Source: Octopus vulgaris (taxonomy: Eukaryota). Taken from it: DNA of 64,000 nt. Shown in pieces: positions 42,025-56,784 of the stretch. Each line of letters opens with the position of its first letter. The first letter of the stretch is position 1. The notes under the pieces were generated by a model that did no database searches, was not told the origin of the DNA, and saw only the letters and a list, made by a program, of their open reading frames with translations. Location of the stretch: NCBI GenBank assembly GCA_951406725.2, contig OX597829.1, forward strand, positions 14,694,001 to 14,758,000, written 5' to 3'. The translations under genes were made by a program, and so were the position numbers.

Positions 42025-42160
42025 TATCACTACCACCACCACCACCACCACCACCACTACCACCACTACTACCACTATCACTACCACCACTACCACCACT
42101 ACCACCATCACGTCTACTACTACTACTACAACTACCACCACCACCACCACCACCATCACC
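41875..42160. repeat. (CTA)/(CCA)n microsatellite
   Basis: Direct reading. Confidence 0.97.
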
Positions 42161-42963
42161 CAGGGTAACACTCATCCAGCATTTCCACATAAACTTCACT
42201 GTTGATCTAGATATCAGCATCGATGAAGATCAAGGCAGACTTCGATCCATCAGATGCAAATGCGGCCGACACCATGAGTGAAGTTGGCTTCTGGTGGCAG
42301 AAATGACTCCTGCTACTTTCGAGCAAGTCTCCTGCATTACGAGCATAAAGCATGTCATTCTGCCTGTTGGTAACTACCTCCACGGTGAAGATCTTCTCGT
42401 CGGACCAGATCAACGCTTTGTTAGCGGGGCGCTTCATCTCAGTTAATGTGGTTTTACTCCTGTCGGGCCGTTTCTTCTTGGAAGCTGATGAAATTAAGTA
42501 CCAGGATGGTTTCTTGTAATCAGTTAGCTATAAATCCTATTTAGAAATCCTGTGCATTGACGATTTGCAGTTTTTCTTGCACTTCTGCGGGGATTTTGGT
42601 TCATTCGCTTCTCCACAGCTTCAACACTTTGTTTCGTACGAATTGATCGTTTCTTATCGTGAATTGGCCTACTGGAGGTGGTAGAGGACTCCATATATCG
42701 TATTGAACACTGTTTTAAGGCACGCATTCAACTATTTTCTTATGTCCTTGTTGCTCACTACAGTTGTTTTTAAAGAGACAATCTGATCGCGTCTTGCTTT
42801 CGACGCCATGTTTGTTTACAAACCTGTTATAGACGAACGAAGCAATAGACATTTTATCAAAAGGCATATGCCTACCTTTTTGTAAAATGTAGATAATATT
42901 TACCCGAATTGATATTCTTTAGGAAGTTTTAAACAAGGGTAATTCTTTCTGGAATACCCCGTA
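42161..42963 (-). mobile_element. Degenerate Tc1/mariner (maT-like) transposon, 5' portion
   Basis: NPRRSARK HTH, IWSDEKIFTVE..NRQND, LIFID..INSEVY; TA-CGGGGTATTCC terminal motif. Confidence 0.85.
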
Positions 42964-43444
42964 TATTCATAGTGCTTTTCTAAGGGTGTAGCTTGTATTT
43001 ATCAACACAATCTGTCGGATTTCTGTGAGAGAAGGGTACACTGGGATCTTATCCTTTTTGTATTACACCAAGGACACTTTCAGTATCAGAGATGGTTTTT
43101 CACTTTGTAAAGCTATATATTTTGTATTTCGATTTCTAGATATTTATATTTACTGAACTTGCCGTCCTTTTACCAAAATTTAAAAGATATTGTTATAGTT
43201 CTTTTATTTCAATCAAATATATATATTCTCCTCCAGACGAATTGATCTATTGATTAGAAGATCATTTCATTATCTAGTTGTCTTTGACAATAAATCAAAC
43301 TATCAGTCTAGTTTCCATTAATCCCTCTGTCTAAATTACATATATTGATATCTCCCAGAGTATAGGAAATTTTTTTTCATTCTCTGAAGACATTTGCGCA
43401 ATATATTTAGAACAACTTTTTCAATCATTTGGGTATTTAATAAT

Positions 43445-43965
43445 CTGTTATCTTTTATTTGTTTTAGTCATTGGACTGTGACCGGTCATACTGGGACACG
43501 ACCTTGAAGCGTTTAGTCGAACAAATCTACCCCATTATTTATATTTGATATTGTTGTTATTTATTTATTGCATCATTGGATTACGGCAACGGTACAACAC
43601 CAACTTGAAGGGTTTTTGTTTTAGCCGAACAATTCGATCGCATCACTTATTTTTATCAGTTATCTGCTTGTAGTTACTGGACAGTGGTCTAACATGCTGG
43701 GGCGCCAACTTGAAAGCTTTAGTCCAAAAAATGGAACGCGGTGGTTAACTTTTATATTTTACTTGTTTCAATTATTGGATTGCGGTTTGAGTAGGGGTCG
43801 CATCTTGAAAGATTTAACCAAACGAATAGCTCCAGTACTTCGGCATCTTTTTAAAGCCTCGTTCGTTTCCTATAATACTCTTTTGGCAAGCAATTATGTT
43901 ACGGAGACGTAAGCGTATCAATACAGGTTGTCAAGCGGTGGTGGAAGACAAACACACAAAAGATA
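43445..43965 (-). mobile_element. CORE-SINE with about four tandem 3'-tail units
   Basis: Repeated ~100-bp diverged units with CTTGAAG..TTTAG and the tail stem-loop. Confidence 0.65.
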
Positions 43966-43987
43966 CATACATGAAGGTATGTATGTA

Positions 43988-44040
<53 letters not shown>

Positions 44041-44574
44041 AACGTTTACATAAATAAATAACGTGAAATACACGAAGGGACGAACAAAAAGACAAACGGT
44101 TCATTCAAAGCCTTCATTCTTCAGTCAGAAACTGATCCCTCATCGCAGATTTCGGCTGTTTAATTCTGAGATCCGCTCCGAATCAGCCAGCCACAGAAGG
44201 AAAGAATGAAACGCAACAGAGACGAACATGAAACGAAAAATCTTTTTTGGGGACAGTAACGGTTAAAAACATGGATGACATAGGCGCCCTACGGCTTTGA
44301 GACAAACAGAGAGACACAAAAACAATATCAACAGCGTGCAAAAAATTACTTTTTCGGTGATGAGACACATGTTGTTGAACAAGCGGCCGATGGAAACGAG
44401 GCAGCAAGTTGCAAGAGGATAAGAGAGAGAAAAGGGGGTAAGAGAGAGAGGGGACAGTGACCGCACGCACAAGCACACACACACGCATATACACGCATAC
44501 ACAAACACACACACACACACAGACGCATATACACGCATACACAAACACAAACACACACACACAGACGCATATAC

Positions 44575-44943
44575 ACAGTGGGTTTCTTTCAGTTTCCGTC
44601 AGCTAAATCCAATGGCAAGGCTTTGGTCGGCTCAGGACTATAGTAGAAAACACTTGCTCAAGGTTCCGCGCAGTGGGGGAAGAACCTCGGACCATGTGCT
44701 TTAGAAGCAAACTTATATATATATTTTTATTCTTTTATTCTGTTACTTGTCTCAGTCATTTTGACGGCAGCCATGCTGGAGCACCACCTTCAATCGAAGA
44801 AATCGACTCCAGGACTTATTCTTTGTAGCCTAGTACTTATTCTATCGGTCTCTTTTGCCGATCCGCTAAGTTATGGGGATGTAAACATACCCGCATCGGT
44901 TGTTAAATTATGTTGGGAGGGGGGTGCACACACACAAACATAA

Positions 44944-44980
<37 letters not shown>

Positions 44981-45361
44981 CAACGGGCTTCTTTCAGTTT
45001 CCGTCTACCAAATTGACTCACAAGGCTTTTGGTCGGCCCAAGGCTAGAGTAGAAGACATTGGGACTGAACCCAGGACCATGTGGCTGGTAAGCAAGCTAC
45101 TTACCACAGAGCCACTCCTTATATATTAATCTTTCTTTCATCTTTTATTTATTTCAGTCATTGAACTGTGGCTAGCCATGCTGGGGCACCTCCCCAAAGG
45201 CATTTAATCAAACAAGTTGACTGCTGTGCTCATTTTTGAATCCTGGTACTTATTTTATCGATATCTTTGCCGAACCGCTCTGTTACATGGACACAAACAA
45301 TCCAACACCGTTTGTCAAGTATATATATATATATGTATACATACATACATACATACATACA

Positions 45362-45411
<50 letters not shown>

Positions 45412-45555
45412 AATATATATAAATATATATATATATGTGTGTATACATATATGTACGACAAGCTTCTTTCAGTTTCCGTAAACATTGTTCGACCTGGGGC
45501 TACAAGTTACCCAAGGGACCACATAGTGGGATTGAACCTGAAACCATGGCGAGTA
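44575..45555 (-). mobile_element. Cluster of CORE-SINE copies
   Basis: Three heads and two tails homologous to the 57160 and 35295 copies. Confidence 0.85.
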
Positions 45556-45619
45556 GAGTTTGTGTGTGTGTGTGTGTGTGTTTGTGTACGCGCACGTGCA
45601 ATTGTATATATATATTATT

Positions 45620-45925
45620 CATACCTAATGCTTCTAAAATCCATGTGTGGCCACCACTACCAAAAGGACTTCTGGCAATTAATTCATACCAATCCAAGTC
45701 TCTACAGTTAGCGCTCTAAAGATCACAAACCGATATTTACTACCGCATCATTCTTTTTAAGAACCATTTTCAGATGGATTTTTCTTCCGACCGGTCTTTA
45801 TAGTTTCCTATGATAATATCGCTAAGACATTACAGGGCACGGATCTGTAGTTTTTTTACTTTGATGTTCTTCCAATGTTTGGGATTAAATTGATTTTTCG
45901 TTTGGAGTGTAGTTTTTATTGTTAT
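45620..45925 (-). pseudogene. Degenerate RLE-LINE (R4/Dong-like) RT fragment, duplicate of 47245-47555
   Basis: DLDW.E.IARSPF.S.GHTWILE resembles W.D..KAFDSV.H.WI. Confidence 0.6.
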
Positions 45926-46092
45926 TACGGATTTTGTCATCATGGCTGAGTGATAAGAAGATTGTTTTCTAACCACAATGGTTTCAGGTTCAGTCACACT
46001 TCGTGGCATCATAGGCTTTGGTCTTCATTAACCTCGGGCCAACCTAAACCTTTGCGAATAGATTTGGTAGACTGACTGAACGAAGCCTGTTG

Positions 46093-46169
<77 letters not shown>

Positions 46170-46499
46170 CCACGTACATACATGCATACATATATACATA
46201 CATATGTGTGTGTTTGTGTGTATGTTTGTCTTTATTCCCCCTCCTTGACAGCAGTGTTTGTTTATATCCCTGTAGCCTAGAAGTTCAGCAAAAGGCGACC
46301 GACAGAATATGTACTAGATTTAATACAAAATAAATACTGAGGTAGATTCGTAGCTGCAGTTCAATGACTAAAATAAGAAAAGCATAAAAATAGATAAAAG
46401 ATATCTGCAAGTAATCTGTGTTCGTCAGATATTTTTGTCAAAGGCCTGGGATTTTCCTTTATTCCTGTTGTTCAGATTATGCTGATTCGGTAATGTTTC

Positions 46500-46930
46500 G
46501 AAATTACCAGCGACCAAAGAACTTCAAGCTGTAAATATCCTGTCTCTTTTCCTAAATTAGATATCACATTATCCAGCGTGACTTTCCTTCATTTTTGGAT
46601 CAATGAACGTGAGAAATGTTGTCGTTGTTGTTGTTGTTACTGTTTAGTCCCTGCATGACACTTGTAAAACATACATACGACTAAAGAATATCCAGCCGCA
46701 TACATCCTGTCTCTTTTCTTAAATCAGACATTACATTTTCCAGGGTGATATTCTTTCATCCTTGGATCATTCATAAGAACTGTTGTCGGAATTGCTGATG
46801 TTGAATAGCCCCCACAGAACACTTTTATGAACAGACCCATAACCAAAGTTCATCGAGCTGTGTATATCCAGTCTCTTATTCTAAATCAAACATTACATTA
46901 TCCCGCGTGACATTTCTTGAGTCTTAAGAA
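46500..46930. repeat. Diverged tandem repeat, three units of about 140-180 bp
   Basis: Recurrent ATCCTGTCTCTTTT..TAAAT.AGA.AT.ACATT.TCCAG.GTGA. Confidence 0.75.
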
Positions 46931-47049
46931 GACAGAGCTGATTTGAAAATGATTACGTGTTTATATTTAGTAAATCGACTAACCGTGAAGGAAAACTTCC
47001 TTATACAACGTTTACCAGCTTTAGACAATCATTGCATTGTGGCCCTCTG

Positions 47050-47660
47050 TTGTTCACACTTATTCTCAAAATATTATTCTTCAAGAAATGCTGAACGAGT
47101 AAAGGAGACCCAATGGAACTTTTCTCTTCTAATAGAAATTGGGTTTGGTTTTGAAATCTCTTTGCTTACATAGACCAGTACAACTGCTCTCCATTTATAA
47201 ATGCTATGTTTAATCAACCTGGTTGCTTTTGGAGATATATATTACTCGTAGCTAATGTTTCCAGAATCCATGTGTGGCCAACACTATCAAAAGGACTTCT
47301 GGCTATAAATTCAAACCAATCCAAGTCTCTACTGTTAGCGCTCTGAAGATCACAAACCGATATTTACAACCATATCACTCTTTTTAAGAACCATTTTCCG
47401 ATGGATTTTTTTCCTGACTGGTCTTTATGGTTTCCTATAATAACATCGCTAAGATATTACAGGACACGGATCTGTAGTTTTTTGTGGTTTGATATTCTGC
47501 CAGTCTTTCGGACTAAAATGGGTTTTTCTTTTGGAGAGTAATTTTATTGTTATTTCGAATTCTTTTAGTAAATGGTTGAATATCTCTAAAAGAAATTTGT
47601 CGGCATTTGCCAAATATTTCACTCAAAAGTCTGGAACATGCTCCGATTGTTCGTATCCTG
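47050..47660 (-). pseudogene. Degenerate RLE-LINE RT fragment
   Basis: PFDSVGHTWILETL...PISIRR motifs with stops. Confidence 0.6.
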
Positions 47661-47667
47661 TAGATTC

Positions 47668-48005
47668 TGCTTAGCGATATTTCGTCTGTCTTTACCTTTT
47701 GAGTTCAAATTCTACCGAGGTCGACTTTACCTTTCATCCTTTCGGGGTCTATAAATTAAGTACCAGTTGCTTACTGGGATCGATCTAATCGACTGGCCCC
47801 ATCCCTCAAAACTTCTGGCTTTGTGCCTAGAGTAGAAAAGGATATATCGTCTCGCTCTTAACGTTCTGAGTTCAAATTATGCCGAGGTCAGCTTCAATTA
47901 TAATTTTTTTTCAGGCTCGATAAAATAAATACCACTCAAGAACTTGGATCTATGTAATTTACTTACCCCTCACCTAAAAAAAACTGGTGGCTCTATGTCC
48001 TTATT
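47668..48005 (+). mobile_element. Meta-SINE dimer (alternative tail)
   Basis: Second unit starts at 47841 GATATATCGTCT directly after the first tail. Confidence 0.8.
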
Positions 48006-48041
48006 AAAGGTGGTGAGCTTAGATAATCTTTAGCGTATCAG

Positions 48042-48204
<163 letters not shown>

Positions 48205-48579
48205 CACACACACACACATACGGTGCATCAGCATGACCGCAGCTCTGAGCTGAAAATAGAAAAAAAAATATATATTCAGTATACGTTTTACTTTGGTTTA
48301 GAAAATCGCAGAGAAAACGGTGCGAACGGACAGACATATTGAGGTGCTTACGAACATAGATTTTTACTACGAATTCTGCGTTGATCTCTTAGGGATAATT
48401 TAGAACTAGCATTTATATATATATATATATAACCCCACACGGACTCAACACAGCTCCCTCCTCTTAGTGACTGCGCTCCACTTCTCCCCACTAGCATCTT
48501 TTATTTTTTATTTATTATTTATTATTTATTTTTTATTTTTCATTTTACATTTTTTATTTTTTATAATTGTCCTTATGCA

Positions 48580-51500
48580 GTCACACACAATATATACTCA
48601 CGTACCCACGAACACACCTACTCCCAACACACCACACACACACAACGTAGATGCACATGTACGCATACATACTTCCACACCTATACACACACCCACACCC
48701 TCACACACCCCCACGTGCACACACACACATGCCTGTGCACACACACCAGGGACAATACTCATACAGATACGCACACTCCTATAAACACCTAGCTGAGACG
48801 CACAGACACACGCACGTAAGCGCACACACGCACACAAGCACGCGCATGTACCTTACGTCCACACAACTCCACCCCCATCCATACATACACACACACGTAC
48901 ACACATACATGCACGCATACATACACACATACAAACATACATACACACACATACATACACACATACACGCACATGCACACATACACACACATACATATAC
49001 ACAGATACATACACACACACACACACACACACACATATAGATACATACATACATACATACACACACATATACGTATACATACATACAAACAAACATACAT
49101 ATACATACTTACGTACACACACGCACATACACACATACATTACATATATACACATACATACACACATACACACATACATACGCACATACATACACACACT
49201 TACATACATACATACATACATACATACACACACACTTACATACATACATACACACACACATACATACACATACATACACACACATACACACACATACATA
49301 CACACACATACATACACACACATACACACACATACATACATACATACACACATACTTACTTACACACACGCATACATATACATACATACACACACATACA
49401 CACATACACACATACATACATACACACACGCATACATACACACATACATACATAGACACATATATACATACACACACACATTTATATACATACATACATA
49501 GAGACACACACATGCACACATACACGCATGCACACATACATACATACACATACATACACACACACATACACACACACCCATACTATACACACATACACAC
49601 ACATACACACATACATACATACACACACGCGTACATATACATACATACATACACATACACATACACACACACACTTACACACATACACCCGTACATACAT
49701 ACATACACACACACACTTACACACACACACATACATACATACATACTTACACACATACACACATGCATACATACACACACGCATACATATACATACATAC
49801 ATACACATACACACACGCATACATATACATACATACATACACATACACACACACATACACACATACATACATACACACACATACATACATATATACACAC
49901 ATACATACACACATACATACACACATACATACATAGATACATACATACACACACACACACATACACACACGCACGCACACATACATACATACACACACAT
50001 ACATACACACACACGTACATACAGACATCCATACACACACACACTTACACACATACATACACACACATACATACATACATACATACACACACATACACAC
50101 ACATACATACATACGCACATACATACACACACATATACACACATACACACACATACACACACATATATATAGATACATACACACACACATACTCACATGC
50201 ACGCATGCACACATACATACATACACACACACACATACATACACTACATACATAGATACATGCATACATACACACACACACATACATATACATACATACG
50301 TACATACACGCACATACACGCACATACACACATACACGCCTGTATAAATACATACATACACACATACGTACATACATACATACATGCACACACACACTTA
50401 CACACATACACACACATACATACGTACGTACATACATACACACAGACATACATACACACAAATTCATACATACATACACACACATATACGCATACATACA
50501 TACACACACGCATACATACACACATACACACACACATACACACACACACATACACACACACACCCGCATACATATACATACATACATACACATACACACA
50601 CATACACACATACACACACATACATACACACATATATACATACATAGATACATACATACACACACACGCACATAAATATACATACATGCACACACACATT
50701 CATACATACACGCAGGCACACATACATACACACACACATACACACACACACATATACACACATACACACACATACATACATACATACATACACACACACA
50801 CATACATACACACATACACTCACATACACACATACATACATACACACACGCATACATTTACACACATACATACACATACACACATACACACATACAAGCA
50901 TACACACACATACGTACACACATACATACATAGATACATACATACACATACATATACATACATACATACATACACACATACATACACGCATGCACACATA
51001 CATACATACACATACATACACACACATACATACACACACACTTACACACATACATACATACATTCATACACACATATAAACATATAAACACACATATAAG
51101 CCTCTACATTGTACACACACGCACGCATATATACATACATTCACTCGCACGCACGTACACACATACACATTTACATATATATACTATACACGCACACACA
51201 CATACGCACGTACAAACACACACAAACTCACATACACACCGACAGATATACATACACAATATACACCTTGCCGCGCACGCACTCATACACATAAACACAT
51301 ACAAACGCACCCATACACGCACACACATACACGTTACATACTCACACAAATGAACCCACACATACATCCCTACACACACACACGCACACATACACTAGGT
51401 TACGCACAGTTACTCGCCACACACCCAAACTCCACGCATACACACACGAACACACACACACTACAAACAGCACACACTACAAACAGCACACACGCATGAT

Positions 51501-51710
51501 ACATATACTTACACGCACACATATATACCCCTTTGTTTTTTGACCTGGTTTTGACCTGGCTGGATACAAACAAGTGCCACTCCTTTATGACAGCTAACTT
51601 GCCATGCCTATTATTCACCATACATACACACACACACACACACGCACACACGTACAAACACACTTGTCGTCCTTGCACACACACACACACATACGCACCT
51701 ACACACAATC
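48580..51710. repeat. ~3.1-kb compound (CA)/(TACA) microsatellite block
   Basis: Direct reading. Confidence 0.98.
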
Positions 51711-51855
51711 CTTGTCTTTGAAACTCTCTTGTTTTTAAAAATCATGATTCGTCTACCTCTCAACTTCTGTTCTTTCAACATGTGATCTCTTGAGTACCAC
51801 CAGCAAAAATATTTTTTTCCTCTGTCTTCCCTCCTTGGGATCTTTCCTTCTCCTT

Positions 51856-51890
51856 GTTTCCGACGAAGAGCTCCGCTCGAAACGTTAAAC
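51856..51890 (+). ncRNA. Minimal type I hammerhead ribozyme, U4C core variant, in mini-element 51700-51990
   Basis: GTTT-CCGACGA-A-GAGC(TCC)GCTC-GAAAC-GTT-AAAC; stem I GTTT/AAAC. Confidence 0.72.
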
Positions 51891-51995
51891 CCTCCTTCCC
51901 TTCTTTCCTGAGCGTCAAATAATACTTTAATTGTTCCACGTCCTCGCGTTGCTGTGTTTTTTTCTGTGTTTTCTTGTTTGGATTAACTTTATATA

Positions 51996-52446
51996 TCTAT
52001 ATATATAAAACTGTAGTTGTGTGAGTGTCTGTCCCTTTCGAAATAGATTCCTAACTACTCCCACATTTTGCGGTGCAGCCCGTCTGAGTATTAGCGCGCG
52101 TCTACGATGAGTCTACGAATTTAAAAATAATTTAACATTATTTTTATTCCATTTCGTGTGTCGATGGCGGCGGAGTTGGCGTCCATGGTCACACCTGCAC
52201 CTGTTTGCTTCTACTCCTTCTTCCCTCCCTCGTGAAGCTGTGGGGAAGGGAGTGTAAGGAAATCAACGTCGTAAAGCGTTGTCAAGGAGACCAGCGTTCT
52301 TTTAGAACAACGAGTTCATGGCTTGAAGACACCAAAACAGAAATGGCTAAGAAAGCTCGAATTGGCATCTATAAGGGAAGTAACTCTCTAAAAATGCTTA
52401 TATAGTTATTTCCCTTACAAACCCGAGCAACGCCGGGCGATACTGC

Positions 52447-52449
<3 letters not shown>
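51996..52449 (+). mobile_element. Non-autonomous Helitron
   Basis: 5' TC, 3' CCCGAGCAACGCCGGG hairpin, CTAC (mutated CTAG); inserted in (TA)n. Confidence 0.88.
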
Positions 52450-52492
<43 letters not shown>

Positions 52493-52534
52493 ACATATAT
52501 GTATGTATATATACTTATATATACTTATATATTC

Positions 52535-52750
52535 TTTTATTCTTTGACTTGTTTCAGTCATTTAACTGCGGCCATGCTGGAGCATAACCTTTAGTCGAGC
52601 AAGTCAACCCAAGAGCTTATTCTTTGTAAGCCTAGTACTTACTTTATCTGTCTCTTTTGCCAAACCGCTAGGTTACGGGGACGTAAACGCACCAGCTTCG
52701 GTTGTCGAGCGAGGTTGGGGGGGGGGGGGACAAACACAGATACACAAACA
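52535..52750 (-). mobile_element. CORE-SINE 3' half
   Basis: Tail and body homology to other copies. Confidence 0.8.
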
Positions 52751-52782
52751 TACGCACACATACACACACACATATTTACACA

Positions 52783-52846
<64 letters not shown>

Positions 52847-52873
52847 TTTTTTAGATCTATATACTTATATATA

Positions 52874-53271
52874 TCTTTATATATAAAAGTCAAGTCGTGT
52901 GTCTGTCTCCTACGATTTAGATTCCTAACTACTCCCACATTTTGCGGTGCAGTTTAACCAAAAGTGGGTATCTTATAGTCGTGATTCATATCGAGCCCTT
53001 CTGGGTATTAGCGCGCGTCTACGATGAGTCTACGATTAAAAAAAAAAAATTACCATCATTTTTTCCATTTTAATGCATTTTTTCGCTATTATATAAAGGA
53101 AGTAACTCTCTAAAAATGTCTACGATGAGTCAACGATTTAAAAAAAAATTTACCATAATTTTTTTTCCATTTCTAATGCATTTTTTTGCTATTTTTTGGC
53201 TATAACTCTCTAAAAATGCTTATATAGTTATTTCCCTTACAAATCCGAGCAACGCCGGGCGATACTGCTAG
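52874..53271 (+). mobile_element. Non-autonomous Helitron with internal tandem duplication
   Basis: A|TC...hairpin...CTAG|T ends. Confidence 0.9.
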
Positions 53272-53418
53272 TATATTTATAAAAAATGAATGCATCTCTA
53301 TATATACATGCACACATACACGTATATATATATAAACAATTGCAGCGTGGAAGGTGTTTATAAGTCATATAAGAAACACACAAAAGCCGTTCGATTCACT
53401 TCAACATTTAAGTTTAAT

Positions 53419-53467
53419 TTGTCAAAATATTTTCGTCGCTTTCAGACCGCGATCTGTTCACTGACAA
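53419..53467 (-). ncRNA. Type I hammerhead-like motif with G3-C8 core
   Basis: TTGTCA-GTGAACA-GA-TCGC(loop)GCGAC-GAA-AATATT-T-TGACAA. Confidence 0.7.
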
Positions 53468-54043
53468 AGCTTCGTGCTGCATCTGAGAAAGTAACAGTTA
53501 GTACGTGATATATATGTACGTATGTATGTGTGTATATATGTATGTATGTCTTTATGTATGTATGTATGTATGTATACATGTATGTATGTGCGTATATATG
53601 TGTATACATGTATGTGCGCATGCATGTGTGCATGCCTATACGCATGTATGTATGTTCTTATGTACTCACGTATGTATGTGAGTATTTAGGAGAGTGTGTA
53701 GACGTGTCTGTGTGTGTGTACATGTGAACGTATGTTTATGTAATGATATGTGTCAGTTCAAGTTGTATACATGACTGTTACCTTGTTGAAGTTTGTATAT
53801 ATACACACATATACATTTATATAGACACACACACGTGTGTGTGTGTGCGTTTGTCCCTCTAACGGTGAATGGATACAACGTCTTAGATACATATATGCAC
53901 ATATAACCTTATACATATATACAAGTACACACAATCATATAGACACTTACACATACTCACAAATATACGTATAATCTTGAAGTATACACACATACACGCT
54001 CATCCATCTCTACATACATATATACATATACCCACACATAGAT

Positions 54044-54080
<37 letters not shown>

Positions 54081-54453
54081 CATACACACATACATTTACA
54101 TATATATATACATGTATATGACACTCTTTTCAAGGACAACGGTTAAAATTGTAACTTGCTTTATTTTATTCTATTTATTCTTTATTTATTTTTTTTACAT
54201 GCATACATATATAATTCATATATATATTTACACCTACTCATATGTGCATGCATATACATACTTATACACTAACATACAAAACACACAACACATACACACA
54301 CGTATACACACATATACATCTACACATACGTACATACATATCAAACAATGTACGCTCGTACGGTTATATATAACTGCATATATGCATTTTAGTACCATGC
54401 ATTTCAACATGTATAAATGGATTACTACATGTAAATGTGAGAGAGAGGGGTGG

Positions 54454-55733
54454 CTATAGAATGGTACTCCCGAGTGGAATCTGGATGTTACCCCATCCGG
54501 ATTTTCGGTTGAGAGTGGGTTTGTATTCTTGTATACAGACAGCTTCAGTGACCTGTCTCAGCATTGCATCAGTGGGATGTGTGGATAAGATGTTGAACTT
54601 AAGTCTCCCTAAGGAGCCCTTGTGGCAGTCTAAAGCATGCTGATAGAAGATGGAGTTTGGCTTCTTTTTAATGTAGTTGTCCAGGTGTTCTTTGAACCTA
54701 TCATTGATACACCTAGAAGTCTCACCTATGTATGACTCTGGGTTAGTCGCGCAAGCTCCTTCTTGGCACTTAATTTGGTATACAGTGCTCTTGGTTTTGC
54801 AGTTCACAAGTGGGTTTGTAGAACATACTGCACAATTATTTTGACATGTGAATCTATCAAATGGATATGATCTACATAATACAGATTTGATAGTTGTACC
54901 TGTCTTTTCTACAACCTTGATCTTAAGGCCAGTTGTGTGCAGGATTTTCTTGAATGCCTTACATAATTCGTTCTTAGGTGTGGCGTCAACAAACATTACA
55001 CAGTGAAATTTCTTCTATCAAGTATTGGTTTTATTTCTTTTGTTGGTGTCTCTCTCTAACCTATTTCGGAACTTGTTGCGGTACAGGGGGGCATATACCG
55101 TTTCGTCATCTCTTAGAATGCGTTCGAATCTTGTTTTCGCTCCTTTGTACACTCTGATTCTCTCATATTGTGTGTATCCGGAGCGTTGCATTCGGAATAT
55201 GAAGTGCTGGATGTGTTGTTGTCGTTCTTGTGGTTGGCATAGGCGAGATACATTCCTCATTACTCTAACGAAGTCTGCCACCAGGATGTTGAGCTTGGTA
55301 GTACTCGACATCGCTGAGTCACTACGGGTTACCAGTGGATTAGCCATAGGTTTACAATAGTGTGAGTGGAGCATACAGGGTTTAGCAGTTCCGTTAACCA
55401 TAGTATTTTCCATCCACAGCTCAGTATCTAGGACAGGTAATCTATTACTGGGGTGTTTAGAGGGGTAGTCCACGGTAACTTTTATACTGCTATGAATAGA
55501 GTCAGCTATGTGTTGTATAGCTGTCATCACCTGTTCTTCATTTAGTAGAGAGTCTGTCTCTGTGTCTGTATTATTATTACATTTCACGACAAGGTTAATG
55601 TCATCAACATATCGAGAGTACATAGTGAAGTGGATGTTACGGGTCGCTTGGCAATGTTTAAACTGTCTGTCTCACCATACCATGAAGAGGTTTGCAACAC
55701 CACCGGCTATCCTTACTCCAATAGCACCGCCTT
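54454..55733 (-). pseudogene. Penelope-like (Neptune-type) RT C-terminal half + GIY-YIG endonuclease
   Basis: GGAIG, SRYVDD, LPVLD, Cys-rich linker, TVYQIKC..YIGETSR..RFKEH, EAVCI..KPTLN. Confidence 0.92.
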
Positions 55734-55924
55734 TACGTATATTTGTGAGTATGTGTAAGTGTCTATATGATTGTGTGTACTTGTATATATATGTATAAGG
55801 TTATATGTGCATATATGTATCTAAGACGTTGTATCCATTCACCGTTAGACGATGGTGAGAGGGACAAACGCACACACACACACATAAATATATATGTGTG
55901 TGTCTATATAAATGTATGTGTGTG

Positions 55925-55972
<48 letters not shown>

Positions 55973-56336
55973 ACAAGGTAGCAGTCATGTATACAACTTG
56001 AACTGACACATATCATTACATAAACATACGTTCACATGTACATACACATGTACACACACACAGACACGTCTACACACTCTCCTAAATATACACATACATA
56101 CGTATGTACTTACATACATGCGTATTGGCATGTACACATGCATGCGCACATACATGTACACACATATATACACACATACATACATACATACATACATACA
56201 TACATACATACATACATGTATACATACATACATACATACATACACACATATACATACATACATGCATACATACATACATACATACATACACACACACACA
56301 TACATACATACATACATACATACATACATACATACA

Positions 56337-56371
<35 letters not shown>

Positions 56372-56391
56372 CATGAACGCAGCACGAAGTT

Positions 56392-56439
56392 TTGTCAGTG
56401 AACAGATCGCGGATTTTAGCGACGAAAATATTTTGACAA
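56392..56439 (+). ncRNA. Type I hammerhead-like motif with G3-C8 core
   Basis: TTGTCA-GTGAACA-GATCGC(GGATTTTA)GCGAC-GAAAATATTT-TGACAA. Confidence 0.7.
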
Positions 56440-56575
56440 ATTAAATTTAAATGTTGAAGTGAATCTAACGGCTTTTGTGTGTTTCTTAAATGGCTTATAA
56501 ACACCTTCCACGCTGCAATTGTTTTCGTTCCAGCACAACATCTCAGATCAAGTCACTCGCTATGCAAGTACATCT

Positions 56576-56645
<70 letters not shown>

Positions 56646-56784
56646 ACGGACATATATTTGCAAAGCAAGTGACCTGATTTGAGATAATGTCCTGAAACAA
56701 AAACAATTGCAGAGTGGAAGGTGTTTACGAGCCATTTAAATACACACGTAAACCGTTAGATCCACTTCAACGTTTAAATTAAAT

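Larger units (their letters stand above)
53334..56524 (-). mobile_element. 5'-truncated Penelope-like element flanked by inverted pseudo-LTR-like repeats
   Basis: 53334-53971 and 55734-56524 are inverted copies; RT/GIY-YIG lies between; each arm carries a hammerhead motif. Confidence 0.8.

Noticed and set aside
45620-47555. Duplicated segment with a GTATGA donor-like site as possible tandem host exons
   Set aside because: Translation matches degenerate RLE-LINE RT motifs and contains many stops
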